IMG/VR virus record: IMGVR_UViG_2881684137_000004
Location: 1 to 64,000 of that record
DNA from: a virus
Lineage: Duplodnaviria; Heunggongvirae; Uroviricota; Caudoviricetes
Length of the DNA stretch: 64,000 nt
Reading direction: 5' to 3' (one strand)
Notes under the pieces: model-generated
Told to the model about the DNA's origin: nothing
Database searches by the model: none
The model's input: only the letters and a program-made list of their open reading frames with translations
In this document: in pieces, positions 1 to 9,895 of the stretch
Layout of the letters: each line of letters begins with the position of its first letter
How positions within the stretch are numbered: the first letter of the stretch is position 1
Translations under genes and position numbers: made by a program

Positions 1-1080
1 CTACAGCCTGCTTGTTCCTGCCGTGGTCACCACCGACAAAATCAGCGGCCGTCTCTCGCAATCTTTGTCCTCGATGGTGTAGGCACGCTGGATCGTTCTG
101 ACCGCTTCCAATGCAGCCGCGTTGTCCGCCTGCGCATGAACAGTGGCAATCGTGTCGCCCGCCTTGACGCGGTCGCCCGCTTTCTTGCTCAGGACCAAGC
201 CGACGGCATGGTCGATTTGATCGTCCTTCGACGCCCTGCCGGCGCCCAGCTTCATCGCCGCAATGCCCAGCTGCTCTGCAGCGATCGTCTGCACGATGCC
301 TGTTGATGGAGCGGGTACACGAATTTGCATCTTCGCTTGCGGAAGCACCCGTTCCGGGTGTTCCAACAACGCCTCATTGCCGCCCTGTGCTTTCACGAAA
401 TTGTGGAACAAGCGCAGCGCCGAACCATCCATCAGCTTTTGCTCCACCAATGCGCGCGCCTCCTCCAGCGTGTCCGCTTTGCCGCCGAGCACAACCATAT
501 GCGCGCCGAGCGTGAGCGAAACTTCCATCAGGTCGGAAGGGCCTTCCCCTTGCAGCGCAGTCAGCGCTTCCGCCACCTCAAGCGCATTGCCAATCGCAAA
601 TCCGAGCGGCTGGTTCATATCGCTGATGACCGCAGCGGTGCGGCGGCCAAGCTCAGAGCCGATCGCCACCATCGCTTCGGCAAGCGCTTCCGCTTCAGCA
701 AGCGTCTTCATGAATGCGCCGTCTCCCACCTTGACATCAAGTACAATGCTGTCGGCACCGGAGGCAATTTTCTTGCTCATGATGGAACTGGCGATTAATG
801 GAATCGATTCCACCGTAGCCGTCACGTCACGAAGCGCATACAATTTTTTGTCCGCTGGCGTCAAATCCCCGCTCTGGCCGATCACTGCGACACCAATCTC
901 GTTAACCTGTTCAATAAAACGTTCGCGCGACAATTCTGTCTGAAATCCTTGAATCGCCTCAAGCTTGTCAATTGTCCCGCCAGTATGACCGAGACCGCGC
1001 CCGGACATCTTGGCAACCGGAACACCGACAGCCGCTACAAGCGGCGCAACGACAAGCGTCACCTTATCGGAAGTGCCACC
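1..1080 (-). CDS. pdp: pyrimidine-nucleoside (thymidine) phosphorylase, C-terminal ~359 codons; host gene split by prophage insertion and read in-frame from the recombinase ORF
   Basis: Translation [37 protein letters not shown]...[20 protein letters not shown]...MSKKIA matches Bacillus Pdp from about residue 85 to the C-terminus. GC is about 57% versus about 33% downstream. Stop codon at positions 1-3. Confidence 0.8.
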   Translation of the reverse strand, partial: GGTSDKVTLVVAPLVAAVGVPVAKMSGRGLGHTGGTIDKLEAIQGFQTELSRERFIEQVNEIGVAVIGQSGDLTPADKKLYALRDVTATVESIPLIASSIMSKKIASGADSIVLDVKVGDGAFMKTLAEAEALAEAMVAIGSELGRRTAAVISDMNQPLGFAIGNALEVAEALTALQGEGPSDLMEVSLTLGAHMVVLGGKADTLEEARALVEQKLMDGSALRLFHNFVKAQGGNEALLEHPERVLPQAKMQIRVPAPSTGIVQTIAAEQLGIAAMKLGAGRASKDDQIDHAVGLVLSKKAGDRVKAGDTIATVHAQADNAAALEAVRTIQRAYTIEDKDCERRPLILSVVTTAGTSRL

Positions 1081-1090
1081 TAAAGACATA
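1072..1090. other. prophage/host junction (att core region), inferred
   Basis: Pdp homology and the high-GC composition both end within codons encoding ...EFMSLGG|TSDKVTL. Host STGG is replaced by phage-derived MSLGG. Confidence 0.5.
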
Positions 1091-2700
1091 AATTCGACTT
1101 CAATGTCTTCTTCTTTGCCATTATATCCAGTATCAAATGCAAATTGACATTGTATCTCACCGTCTTTGAAAATTTCAATTTTATCAATGATCGTGTCTAA
1201 AAGAACTTTTTGACTTATTTGCGGTAATTTGTCAAACATATCAAGAAAACTTTTCATATTTCTTAGTATTTCATCATAAGTGATTTTATCATCCTTTTTT
1301 TCATTTGTTTTTTTCATTATTATCTCCTTTACTCTATTTGCTTCATTTAGTTCTTTTATCAACTGAATTTGATCTTCTTGGTATTCCTTTTTTAAAATTA
1401 AGTAATTTTCATCTTGTTCATCGAGTTCAAATAATAGTCGTTTTATCGATTCCTTACTTTTTTCCAATCTCCTTATTCCCTTGTTAATTTTTTCTAAATC
1501 AACTTTATCATCCAGTTGATTTTTAATCAATTGTTTTTCTATCTTGTCTGTTAAGTTATTTATGTCTACAGTCTTAATATATTCCTTTATTTTTTGAATG
1601 ATAAATTCCTCAATAATATCCTTTTTAAAATTATGATTGTTGCACTCCCTAATTGCATTACGGTTGTAACTACTTGAACAATAATAATATAGATATGGCT
1701 TTTTATTTTTCCTGGTTGAATTTCGAGATATATATTTCAAACCACACTCCCCACAAAAAAGAAGACCTGTTAATAAAAAGTTTGTTTGGTAATGTCTTGG
1801 TGGTGTGATTTTACTAACTCTTAAATCTCTCTTGCTGTTAATTAGTTGTTGCCTTTCTTCAGACCGAATTGCTTCATGCAAACCTTTAGCTATAATTTCT
1901 TTTTCACTGCCTTTTCCACCATATTCCACATAGCCGCTATAAAACTTAGAGAATATTACGTTATGGACAACATCTTTCGTCCAAAGTTCTGAGCAGTTTT
2001 TATGTTGTTTTAGTCTTCTAATGGCTTTGCCATTAGGCCTAAAGCCCAAATTTCTTATTTCTCCTCCGTTTAACCATTTAACTATAGAATAAATTCCATA
2101 TCCCTTTAGATACAAATCTTCAATTTCATAGATAATTGGAACGTCTTCTCTGCTTACTACTATACCTTTATCTGTTCTAATGTATCCATACGGTAAAGTG
2201 CCACCACCAAATTCCCCTTTTTCAGCTTTTGAACGCATCACATCAGAAACCCTCATTGAAATTGTTGCACTTTCTATTTCATCCAATGAAGCTCTTATGT
2301 TTTCCATTAGCTTCCCATATGGATCATTTAAGTTCACCTGCATTTCTCCTGTTGCTGAAAAAATTATTTCGCATTTAGCAGATTCTAAAATTGATCTAAT
2401 TGCTAAGGAATCTTCCGCTTTTCTCGAAAGTCTGTCTCTTCTGTATACGATTAGTTTATTGAAGTAGCCAGCTTTTGCATCACTTAAACATTCTAGTAAG
2501 ATTTTTCTGTCTTTTAATTTGGTTTTTGATGCAGAAACTGCGGGTTCAATATAAATTTTATAAAGAATACCTTCATTCTCTAAAATAATCTTTTCACCAA
2601 GAGACTGTTGCATTTCAATTGAATCACCATGTTCAACTTGTTTGTCAGTAGAAACTCGAATATAAATAGCATAAATTTTGTTATCAGTAATTTCAATCAC
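1081..2700 (-). CDS. large serine recombinase (prophage integrase), ~540 aa part of an 899-codon ORF
   Basis: N-terminal resolvase catalytic motif [11 protein letters not shown] and RDRLSR. Recombinase domain, Cys-rich zinc ribbon (CGECG...YYYCSS) and C-terminal coiled coil. Positioned at the prophage end. Confidence 0.85.
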
Positions 2701-2751
2701 CCCAATATATTTATGTTTTTTGTCTGGACTTTTATGTTCATTGATTATAAC

Positions 2752-2782
2752 AAAAAACGGTAAAGTAATAAACCGTTTTTTG
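2752..2782. terminator. bidirectional rho-independent terminator-like hairpin
   Basis: AAAAAACGGT-loop-ACCGTTTTTT, an A/T-flanked stem upstream of the recombinase gene. Confidence 0.5.
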
Positions 2783-2791
2783 AAAATACTT

Positions 2792-2917
2792 CTATTTTTG
2801 TTTTTTAATAAAGTCTGCTATTAATGATGCTAACAAGTTTTCGATTTCTTCTTTTTTTGTAAGGTCATTTCTTGTATTTTTAATTACTGTGAATTTTTTC
2901 GGAATATTAGTTGCCAT
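2792..2917 (-). CDS. small hypothetical protein (41 aa from internal ATG)
   Basis: RBS AAAGGAAAA precedes ATG (MATNIPKK...). The longer 62-aa form overlaps the upstream gene. Confidence 0.3.
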   Translation of the reverse strand: MATNIPKKFTVIKNTRNDLTKKEEIENLLASLIADFIKKQK

Positions 2918-3539
2918 ATGTATTTTCCTTTTCCCTAAATAAGATTTTGACACTATCTTCACAAAATTTTTCGATATCATATGTATAATTTACTTTTTTC
3001 TTTTTTGAATCTATTGATACTCCGATTTTTTTACATTCTTCTCTATTAATACTTGATTTCTTACTTTCAATTGCAAATTGCACAAAATCATTAATATGTA
3101 CGAAATACGTTTCATGCTCAAATGTTTTAGTTTTCTTTTCTTTTTCTCGAAAATTTATAATAAATCCTGGGATTGTGTTATCCTTTTGAGTACTTTCCAT
3201 AAGAGATTTGACCTGTGAGTGTTTAATCATTGGCTGAGATTTTACATTTTCAGGTTTTATCCAAGGTGTTTCAGGATAAAAACTAATTCTATTATCTGAT
3301 GTACTTTTTAATTCAAGCAACCATAAATATGGAGGCTTAAAATGTAGCAAATCAAATGGGTTCGTAGTCATAAAACGTGAGTCAGATCCCCTTCCCCACT
3401 TTGCTGCATCAGCCAATCTTAAAAAATAAAAAGGTAGTTTTTTATAGCTTGCTTTCCAGTTATCTTCAAAAATCTTTCCTTCATTTTTTTTACTCAATAT
3501 ATCACTCCTCATTTTCCCCTGCGGTTCTTCTAATAACAT
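2907..3539 (-). CDS. putative PD-(D/E)XK nuclease, RecU-like Holliday junction resolvase
   Basis: Motif NPFD...LWLLELKST (D...E-x-K), similar to RecU. Likely start at the internal M (RBS AGGGGAAA) near 3512. Confidence 0.5.
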   Translation of the reverse strand: MLLEEPQGKMRSDILSKKNEGKIFEDNWKASYKKLPFYFLRLADAAKWGRGSDSRFMTTNPFDLLHFKPPYLWLLELKSTSDNRISFYPETPWIKPENVKSQPMIKHSQVKSLMESTQKDNTIPGFIINFREKEKKTKTFEHETYFVHINDFVQFAIESKKSSINREECKKIGVSIDSKKKKVNYTYDIEKFCEDSVKILFREKENTYGN

Positions 3540-3717
3540 TAAAATGTTCCATTAATACTTCTTTATTGTCTAAAAGGGCATCTCCATCGTTTGTTTCTAA
3601 ATAATCTTCTCCTGCAAATATTTCTGCTTTTGTAACAGTGCAATAAGTTATTACCTTTCTTTCTTGTGCGTCTGCCAAAAAACTTGAAGCATAAAATTCA
3701 TTATTTATTTTTAACAC
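3502..3717 (-). CDS. hypothetical protein
   Basis: ORF with GTG start and a weak RBS. Confidence 0.3.
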   Translation of the reverse strand: MLKINNEFYASSFLADAQERKVITYCTVTKAEIFAGEDYLETNDGDALLDNKEVLMEHFNVIRRTAGENEE

Positions 3718-3738
3718 CTACTTCTGCGTAAATTGTTT

Positions 3739-6700
3739 TTAAATTACTACTCTATCTTCTCTTACTTTTAAAACTCCTAACTCAGAGATTTCTTCAATTA
3801 GTAGTGTCGTGTGTGGAAACTTGGTATCCTTATAACGGTGAGGTTTGAATTGCGAACCTCTTCTATAACCACAAATGAAAAGTTTGTTTCCTCGTGTGAA
3901 CCAGCTTTTTTCTACAGTAGTCTTCTTCCCATCAGTAGCCACAGATGAAATTTGCTTATTGTAATGTGCAAATTGACCATCATAATACTTAATGTTGACA
4001 ACGCCATCAGGAGTGAGTAGTGACACAGTATGTTTATTTTTATCCTTGTCAAGAACAGTGCCAACGATTGCATCAATTTTAAACTTGGGCTTGTCCACAT
4101 CTCTGAACTTAATTCTTCCTGCAATTACTGGCTTCTCAGGCTGATTCTCGAAATTAACAATTCCATACTTTGCACGATCAATATGAGATAATTCATGAAT
4201 ATTATAATAGAAAGATAGTGAATCCATCTCCCACTTACTAATCGTTCCTGAAGCATGCTTGTCCCACTCATCATCAAATATTTTCTGATTTGTAGATATC
4301 AATACTTCTTCACTACTTAGCCATTCACGAACACCATTCATCAGTTTGTCATATTCTTTTTTAAATATTTTCTCACTAACAACTGGATAACCATCAACAT
4401 AATCAACAATACTTGCATTGGTAAAGTGCTCATTGAAGAACAAACGTGCTCTGTCATCAAGAATATAGAATTTATTCTTAACTTCCTCTTTGAATACTTT
4501 GGTCATTACATATTTGCGAAATTTGAATAGTCGAGAATATAGCTCATGCTCAGGGGGAAGCAATTTCTTTTCAATGATCAAGTTAAAGTTTTGAAGCGTT
4601 AACTTATCTTTGCGTTCATGAATTAAAAAGATAAATTCTTTCATCAGTTGCACTCGTTCTCCAAACGAATCAAAACAACCAGCTTTAATTAGTTGCACCA
4701 TCTGAGACTTCTTAATCAGTCCGGTATTGTACATCCTTTCAATGAAATCATCAAATGAAGCGTATGGTCGATGCTTTATTATAAGTTGGACAGCATCATC
4801 CCCGATTCCAACCAATCCTTTTAGTCCATATACAATTTCTCTGGTTTCGAAATCTGGTTTAAAACCAAAGTGAGCCTTATTGATATTTGGCAAACCAATT
4901 TTCACTCCATGCTGTTGCATATTCCCAATAGCAGAAGCAACTTTACCATAGTCTGTAGCTTTATTCTTTTTATCTTCTTCACTTTCTTCGCCACTAATAT
5001 CTTCTCCACTTGCTGAGTTGACTGTTAGGCAGGCTGTATTCCAGAAAAGCGGATCGTAGTTGTGATAAATATTTAACTCTTGAAGTGCAATAATACTATA
5101 CACAAGAGTGTGAAGAGTACTGAAGCTATATCCGATTTGGCGCTTTATCTGAACATTCCATATGTATTTCAATAAATTTTCTGATGCGTTATTTTCCCTG
5201 CCCTTTTCAAAAAACAATTGCTTAACTTCTTCCAGCACTTTTTTACTTCTCTTTGCTATGGCCTTTCTTAATTTATTAGCTTCCTCAATTGAAAAATTAT
5301 TAATTTGGCTATCCAGGACTATTAACATTAACACTTCTTGAGTATCTGCTACACCATAAATCTTCTTAAGATGGTGTTCCATTAGTTTAATTTCTTCACT
5401 GTTTAAGTTCCATTTATCCAGTTCATCGTACCATTTACTAATATCATTCTTATATTTTACATATAAATCTACTGGCTGCGTTTCTCCTCCATCTGCCATC
5501 AGTCTCATCAAAGAATTGGCAACAGAAGTTTCAAGTATATTCTCCGGTTTAACCTTTTTTGCAGTCTCAACACCAATTTGTGTGTTGAATTGAAATAGAT
5601 CCAAAACTTCTCCCTTTGCCATTCGCTCCCATATCTTGGGATCATCATATGTTAACACATCTGGATGGAAATATTCCTTATATGTATTACGCAAGTTACC
5701 TTTCCATTTTATTTGATCAAACTCCAGAAGCAAATTCATACTTTCTCGAATCTTATCCATTGCTTCAACTGTTAGAAGGTCATATTTAATACCTCCCATA
5801 TACTCGCTATCACCCATAGTGAACTGTGTGATAAATTGTCCATTCGGTGCTTTCATTAAAGCATTTCGTGCAGTTAAATCCTCGTTGTAGATGAAAACAC
5901 CACCTGCATGAATGCTTCGCTTATTTTCAACTCCTTCAATTTGGAGAGCCATTTCTTTTAATAGTGGGTACTTTTCAATTTCATTTATAAATTCTGTTAC
6001 TGGTTTCCTGTCTTCTTCTTCATTTCCATATAAGCAATCGGAAAGACTCCAGTTACTCCCTCTTTCAAAAGGAATGAGAGAGGCAATGTTCATCGCTATG
6101 TCATTATCTATTCCCAGACCTCTACATGACGTTAATACAGCACTTTTAGATTTTTCAGTACCAAAGGTTGCTATGTTTATTACTTTGCGTTCCCCTAATC
6201 TGTTTTTTAGTGCTGTAATAATTTGTTTTCTTTTTCCACCTTCAGAATCGATATCGATATCGGGGTGGTCTGGTCTCGACTTATGCAAGTGACGCCAATG
6301 AGGAAGATTATAAGTTAGTGGATCTACCTGAGTAATATCTAAAAGATAATTGATATAGAATCCAGCAGCACTCCCCCTTCCAGCACCAACAATACTGTTG
6401 CCCCCACAATCATCCCAAATAATATTTATGATCTCTTGAATAGTAACGTAGTATGCCGACATAGATTCACTGAGAGCTTGAGAGATATGCCACAATTCTT
6501 CAAATTCCAAATTAATACGAGCAAGTTTTTCATGAAGACTTTCTGATGTCAGAGTGTTACGTGGAACCTTCTCATCAAATCCATCTTCAATCAGTTTAAT
6601 CAAGTACCTATCTTGATCATCTTCAGAGTATGCGAGTTTCTTAATATATTCATACTTTTCATAAGCTGGTTTAAAAATGTGTCGCACCGAAAAATCAGGA

Positions 6701-7644
6701 AGTTTTATTCTAGGAATTGAAACTGGCTTAAATAGGTCGTAATCTTCTACCATATTGCCAATGAGCATTGTATTGTTTATAGCTTCTTTTGCTTGTTCTA
6801 TAGTGATATTATGTTCATCACAAAGTCTTTCTAACATTTCTTCTTCTGTTTGAACAAAACATGAGGCATAAAAACTCTCGGTTTCCCTGTCTCCTTGCTT
6901 GGAGTTTAAGTATGCACCATGTATAGCTAAATGTTCAGGTCTTAAAAAATGTGCATCAGTGGCAACTATAGTTTTCAACCCATAGGCTTGAGCAATCAAA
7001 ATTGCTTTTTTATTGAAATCTTTTTGCTCTACACTGAAAGAAGGCTGTAACTCTACAAAAAACTTTTCTTTGCCAAATACATCGATACACCATTTCATAA
7101 ACCCATTAATCTTTTTCTTTTGCTCTGTGATTCGATCTGTATCATTTATTTTTTCAGCCTCAATTAATTCTAATGTATGTATCGCTAGTTCAGATCCTAA
7201 GCAAGCTGTTGTTGCGATCAAATGCCCTTTATTTTTACTTACTATTTCAGCAAGAATGTGTTTTTCAGTAGGTACACGTTCCATAAGTCCTGTTTTAAAA
7301 CTTTGGCTCCAGGCAATTGAAGATAACTGTCGCAACTGATCATGGCCTTCTAAATCACAAGCAAGGAGAATAAAGTGTGGGAATTTAGTTACACCTGATT
7401 GGTAGTTATCTCTGACTTCTGATAACGAATCTACCAAGTAAATTTCATTCCCAAGTATTAGCTTAAAATCTTCCTTCATCTCTTTCTTTTTTTTCATTTC
7501 TTTCACTGTTTTTATTGCATTAACATGTGAAGATAAAGCTTCGTGATCAGTTATAGCTAGTCCATTATAGCCTAAGTCAACGGCAGTTTTAAGCAGAGCA
7601 TCAGTTTTATTGATACAATCCAATAAACGGATGTTGCTCCCCAT
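3739..7644 (-). CDS. dnaE: DNA polymerase III alpha subunit (DnaE-type, phage-encoded; cf. SPbeta YorL)
   Basis: 1301 aa. N-terminal PHP domain (GLAITDHEALSSHV), polymerase core, C-terminal OB-fold region. Confidence 0.9.
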   Translation of the reverse strand: MGSNIRLLDCINKTDALLKTAVDLGYNGLAITDHEALSSHVNAIKTVKEMKKKKEMKEDFKLILGNEIYLVDSLSEVRDNYQSGVTKFPHFILLACDLEGHDQLRQLSSIAWSQSFKTGLMERVPTEKHILAEIVSKNKGHLIATTACLGSELAIHTLELIEAEKINDTDRITEQKKKINGFMKWCIDVFGKEKFFVELQPSFSVEQKDFNKKAILIAQAYGLKTIVATDAHFLRPEHLAIHGAYLNSKQGDRETESFYASCFVQTEEEMLERLCDEHNITIEQAKEAINNTMLIGNMVEDYDLFKPVSIPRIKLPDFSVRHIFKPAYEKYEYIKKLAYSEDDQDRYLIKLIEDGFDEKVPRNTLTSESLHEKLARINLEFEELWHISQALSESMSAYYVTIQEIINIIWDDCGGNSIVGAGRGSAAGFYINYLLDITQVDPLTYNLPHWRHLHKSRPDHPDIDIDSEGGKRKQIITALKNRLGERKVINIATFGTEKSKSAVLTSCRGLGIDNDIAMNIASLIPFERGSNWSLSDCLYGNEEEDRKPVTEFINEIEKYPLLKEMALQIEGVENKRSIHAGGVFIYNEDLTARNALMKAPNGQFITQFTMGDSEYMGGIKYDLLTVEAMDKIRESMNLLLEFDQIKWKGNLRNTYKEYFHPDVLTYDDPKIWERMAKGEVLDLFQFNTQIGVETAKKVKPENILETSVANSLMRLMADGGETQPVDLYVKYKNDISKWYDELDKWNLNSEEIKLMEHHLKKIYGVADTQEVLMLIVLDSQINNFSIEEANKLRKAIAKRSKKVLEEVKQLFFEKGRENNASENLLKYIWNVQIKRQIGYSFSTLHTLVYSIIALQELNIYHNYDPLFWNTACLTVNSASGEDISGEESEEDKKNKATDYGKVASAIGNMQQHGVKIGLPNINKAHFGFKPDFETREIVYGLKGLVGIGDDAVQLIIKHRPYASFDDFIERMYNTGLIKKSQMVQLIKAGCFDSFGERVQLMKEFIFLIHERKDKLTLQNFNLIIEKKLLPPEHELYSRLFKFRKYVMTKVFKEEVKNKFYILDDRARLFFNEHFTNASIVDYVDGYPVVSEKIFKKEYDKLMNGVREWLSSEEVLISTNQKIFDDEWDKHASGTISKWEMDSLSFYYNIHELSHIDRAKYGIVNFENQPEKPVIAGRIKFRDVDKPKFKIDAIVGTVLDKDKNKHTVSLLTPDGVVNIKYYDGQFAHYNKQISSVATDGKKTTVEKSWFTRGNKLFICGYRRGSQFKPHRYKDTKFPHTTLLIEEISELGVLKVREDRVVI

Positions 7645-7761
7645 AGCAGTATGGCAATGAAGGCCAATAAAATTAATACACAGTGTTTATACACATCCTT
7701 TCAAAGAACAATACAACCTAAAGTTAAAATATGATACAATCCTACATAGGAGGGCTGAGAA

Positions 7762-8370
7762 ATGTTAAATGTTAAAATACAAATTACCGATGTTTCTAAA
7801 GGACTGAATTCTGAAATAGAGCTATCTGAAGCAGACAACCTTTCAAAACTAGTCATTATCCAAAATGTATTTAAATTATTTGGAGTAGATAACAACATAA
7901 TGGATACTGTAAATACATTTAATAATGCTGGAAAAGCTTATAAATCGTTTTTTGAAAAAGTAAAGCCAATAGAACCTATCGAGCCTGTAGTAAAAGATAA
8001 TAAGATCATTGCTACTGATTTAAAGGAATCTCTAATTAAAAATCATGAAAGTTTAAAAAATACTTACAAATCAAAGGATGACTCACCTGATTATTATCGA
8101 ACAGGAATAAAAGTAGATAGTAATAGCAGCCCAAGGTATAAACTTCGTTATAAATGCGATAAGTGTCACGATAATGGAATACACTATGTTTATGCGAATT
8201 CAAAATTTACATGGTGTCATTCGTGTGATCATAAACTGATAGTGAAACCTGCAATTCCTAAATATCACAGGACAGTCGTTAAACAAGAAGAAATCAATGA
8301 AAGTTATAGAGATAGTCTTGGAAATTTTTTCATAGCTGGAAACTATAGAGACACTAGTTTAAATTGGTAA
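7762..8370 (+). CDS. hypothetical Cys/His-rich protein (plus-strand moron)
   Basis: RBS AGGAGGG. CDKCHDNG...CHSCDHK zinc-binding-like motif. Followed by a terminator. Confidence 0.6.
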   Translation: MLNVKIQITDVSKGLNSEIELSEADNLSKLVIIQNVFKLFGVDNNIMDTVNTFNNAGKAYKSFFEKVKPIEPIEPVVKDNKIIATDLKESLIKNHESLKNTYKSKDDSPDYYRTGIKVDSNSSPRYKLRYKCDKCHDNGIHYVYANSKFTWCHSCDHKLIVKPAIPKYHRTVVKQEEINESYRDSLGNFFIAGNYRDTSLNW

Positions 8371-8423
8371 GATATTGAAAACTAAATTTAATTGTGAGAT
8401 ACTTATATAGTCATGTTCGATTC

Positions 8424-8459
8424 TTTTTTAGCTCACTCAGGGTTCAAGTGAGCTTTTTC
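8424..8459. terminator. bidirectional rho-independent terminator
   Basis: TTTTTT-AGCTCACT-loop-AGTGAGCT-TTTTT between convergent genes. Confidence 0.65.
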
Positions 8460-8475
8460 TATGTATTTTATTTAT

Positions 8476-8796
8476 TCAAACCGCTTTTTCAACAGATTTG
8501 TTTTTTAAAAACTTGAACATAATATTATTTTTTTCCATCCAGATTTCAATTTCTGAACATTTTTGCAGCCTATGCTTATCAACAAATCTCATAGGCAAGG
8601 AAATTAATCCTCTTGAATCAATTAATATGCCAATATTAGAACCAGTGTTTTGAATTGTGAAATTATCAAGATGATTTCCTATTCTGATTCTGTCCCCTTT
8701 TTTTAAATTGCTTTTTATTAAGTAGTTCATCGGGATGCTGATTCTTATACTTCCTTTGTCTTCAAAATGAATAGTTTTTGTGATCAAATTCATCAT
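8476..8796 (-). CDS. putative SpoVT/AbrB (MazE-like swapped-hairpin) domain protein
   Basis: GSIRISIPMNYLIKSNLKKGDRIRIG resembles the AbrB/MazE beta-hairpin DNA-binding motif. Confidence 0.4.
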   Translation of the reverse strand: MMNLITKTIHFEDKGSIRISIPMNYLIKSNLKKGDRIRIGNHLDNFTIQNTGSNIGILIDSRGLISLPMRFVDKHRLQKCSEIEIWMEKNNIMFKFLKNKSVEKAV

Positions 8797-8842
8797 CTCC
8801 TCTGTTGAATAACATCTTTATGTTTCTTTTTTGTATTTCACT

Positions 8843-9085
8843 TTATTCAATTAATAGTCCAGTGACAATAACATTTTTTTCTGTAACCTTCACAATAACA
8901 TCATCCTTCTTGAGGATATTCTCTAGAACTTCCTCTGTAAATATGTATTCTATTCCATTAATAGTGTAAACATTGTTTAACACTGGACTGATTGACCTAA
9001 CCTCGCCATTGTTGAAACATTTTGATACAAAAGCGTCTACAGTTGAATCCATTGGTTGCTCTTTTATCTTCTTAGTTTTTGCCAA
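8843..9085 (-). CDS. hypothetical protein
   Basis: ORF consistent with operon orientation. Confidence 0.5.
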   Translation of the reverse strand: MAKTKKIKEQPMDSTVDAFVSKCFNNGEVRSISPVLNNVYTINGIEYIFTEEVLENILKKDDVIVKVTEKNVIVTGLLIE

Positions 9086-9800
9086 TTACACTCACTCCCT
9101 TTTTAATATGATACTCCTTGAATCCTTCATTACTTATCTCAAGGCAATTTAATTGATAACCATAGACGCAACCTCCATCAATCCCAATTTTATCTTTTCC
9201 AAACCATATATCAGGTGAATTATGCAGATGGAATGCAGGGGTATGTCCGAATATTACTAACTTGTTTAAATTAGTTGGTTGATTAAGAAAACTATTCCTA
9301 ATCCATAGAAATTGATCATGGGATTGGTCTCTCCAGTTTGAAACATTTGGGTCTATACCTGCATGAACATAAATGAAATTTTCATCTTCGTAATAATATT
9401 CTGTTGATTCTAAAAACTCCAAATGATGCCGGTAATGCAATGTTATGAATTTCTTAGTTTCTTGTGATAGGTTATAGTCATATCCATTTTCAAACCAGTT
9501 TGTTCCTATGTAACTTTCAATAGTAAAGAATCCACCGTTTATTAAAAAAAGTTGTTCATTGCTGTTGCTGAGATAGTCAATAAACATCTGATCATGATTA
9601 CCTCGCAAAATTATCATATTATATTTATTTTTCATTTCTATTAGTTTTTCAATAACCTGTCTACTTTTAAAACCTCTGTCACAGTAATCACCAAGAAGAA
9701 TTAATTGATCCTGCTCTGGTTCATAGTTTATTATGTCTAATAGTGAAACAAACTCATCGTAGCAACCATGGATATCTGAAATTACTATTTTTCTTCTAAT
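9072..9800 (-). CDS. calcineurin-like metallophosphoesterase (Ser/Thr phosphatase / Ap4A hydrolase family); probable non-ATG (ATT) start
   Basis: LRGNHD motif in the ATG-initiated ORF (9072..9635). Motifs I/II (ISDIHG, LLGDYCDRG) lie in-frame upstream with no ATG/GTG/TTG. RBS AAAGGAG sits 8 nt before ATT at 9800. Confidence 0.55.
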   Translation of the reverse strand: MRRKIVISDIHGCYDEFVSLLDIINYEPEQDQLILLGDYCDRGFKSRQVIEKLIEMKNKYNMIILRGNHDQMFIDYLSNSNEQLFLINGGFFTIESYIGTNWFENGYDYNLSQETKKFITLHYRHHLEFLESTEYYYEDENFIYVHAGIDPNVSNWRDQSHDQFLWIRNSFLNQPTNLNKLVIFGHTPAFHLHNSPDIWFGKDKIGIDGGCVYGYQLNCLEISNEGFKEYHIKKGVSVIGKN

Positions 9801-9895
9801 TTGAAAAGCTCCTTTGTTCTTTATAATAAGGTTTCAGATATGTATTTTCTATTAATCTTTATAGTATAGATATAAATTATAAATGTCAATATGTT

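Noticed and set aside
263-943. Plus-strand ORFs (263..943, 303..515, 325..798) inside the GC-rich region
   Set aside because: They are antisense to the clearly homologous Pdp coding frame. Long spurious ORFs are expected in 57%-GC DNA, and they have no RBS.
8411-8460. tRNA-like GTTCGATTC near 8415
   Set aside because: No cloverleaf can be drawn. The sequence forms a simple terminator hairpin instead.
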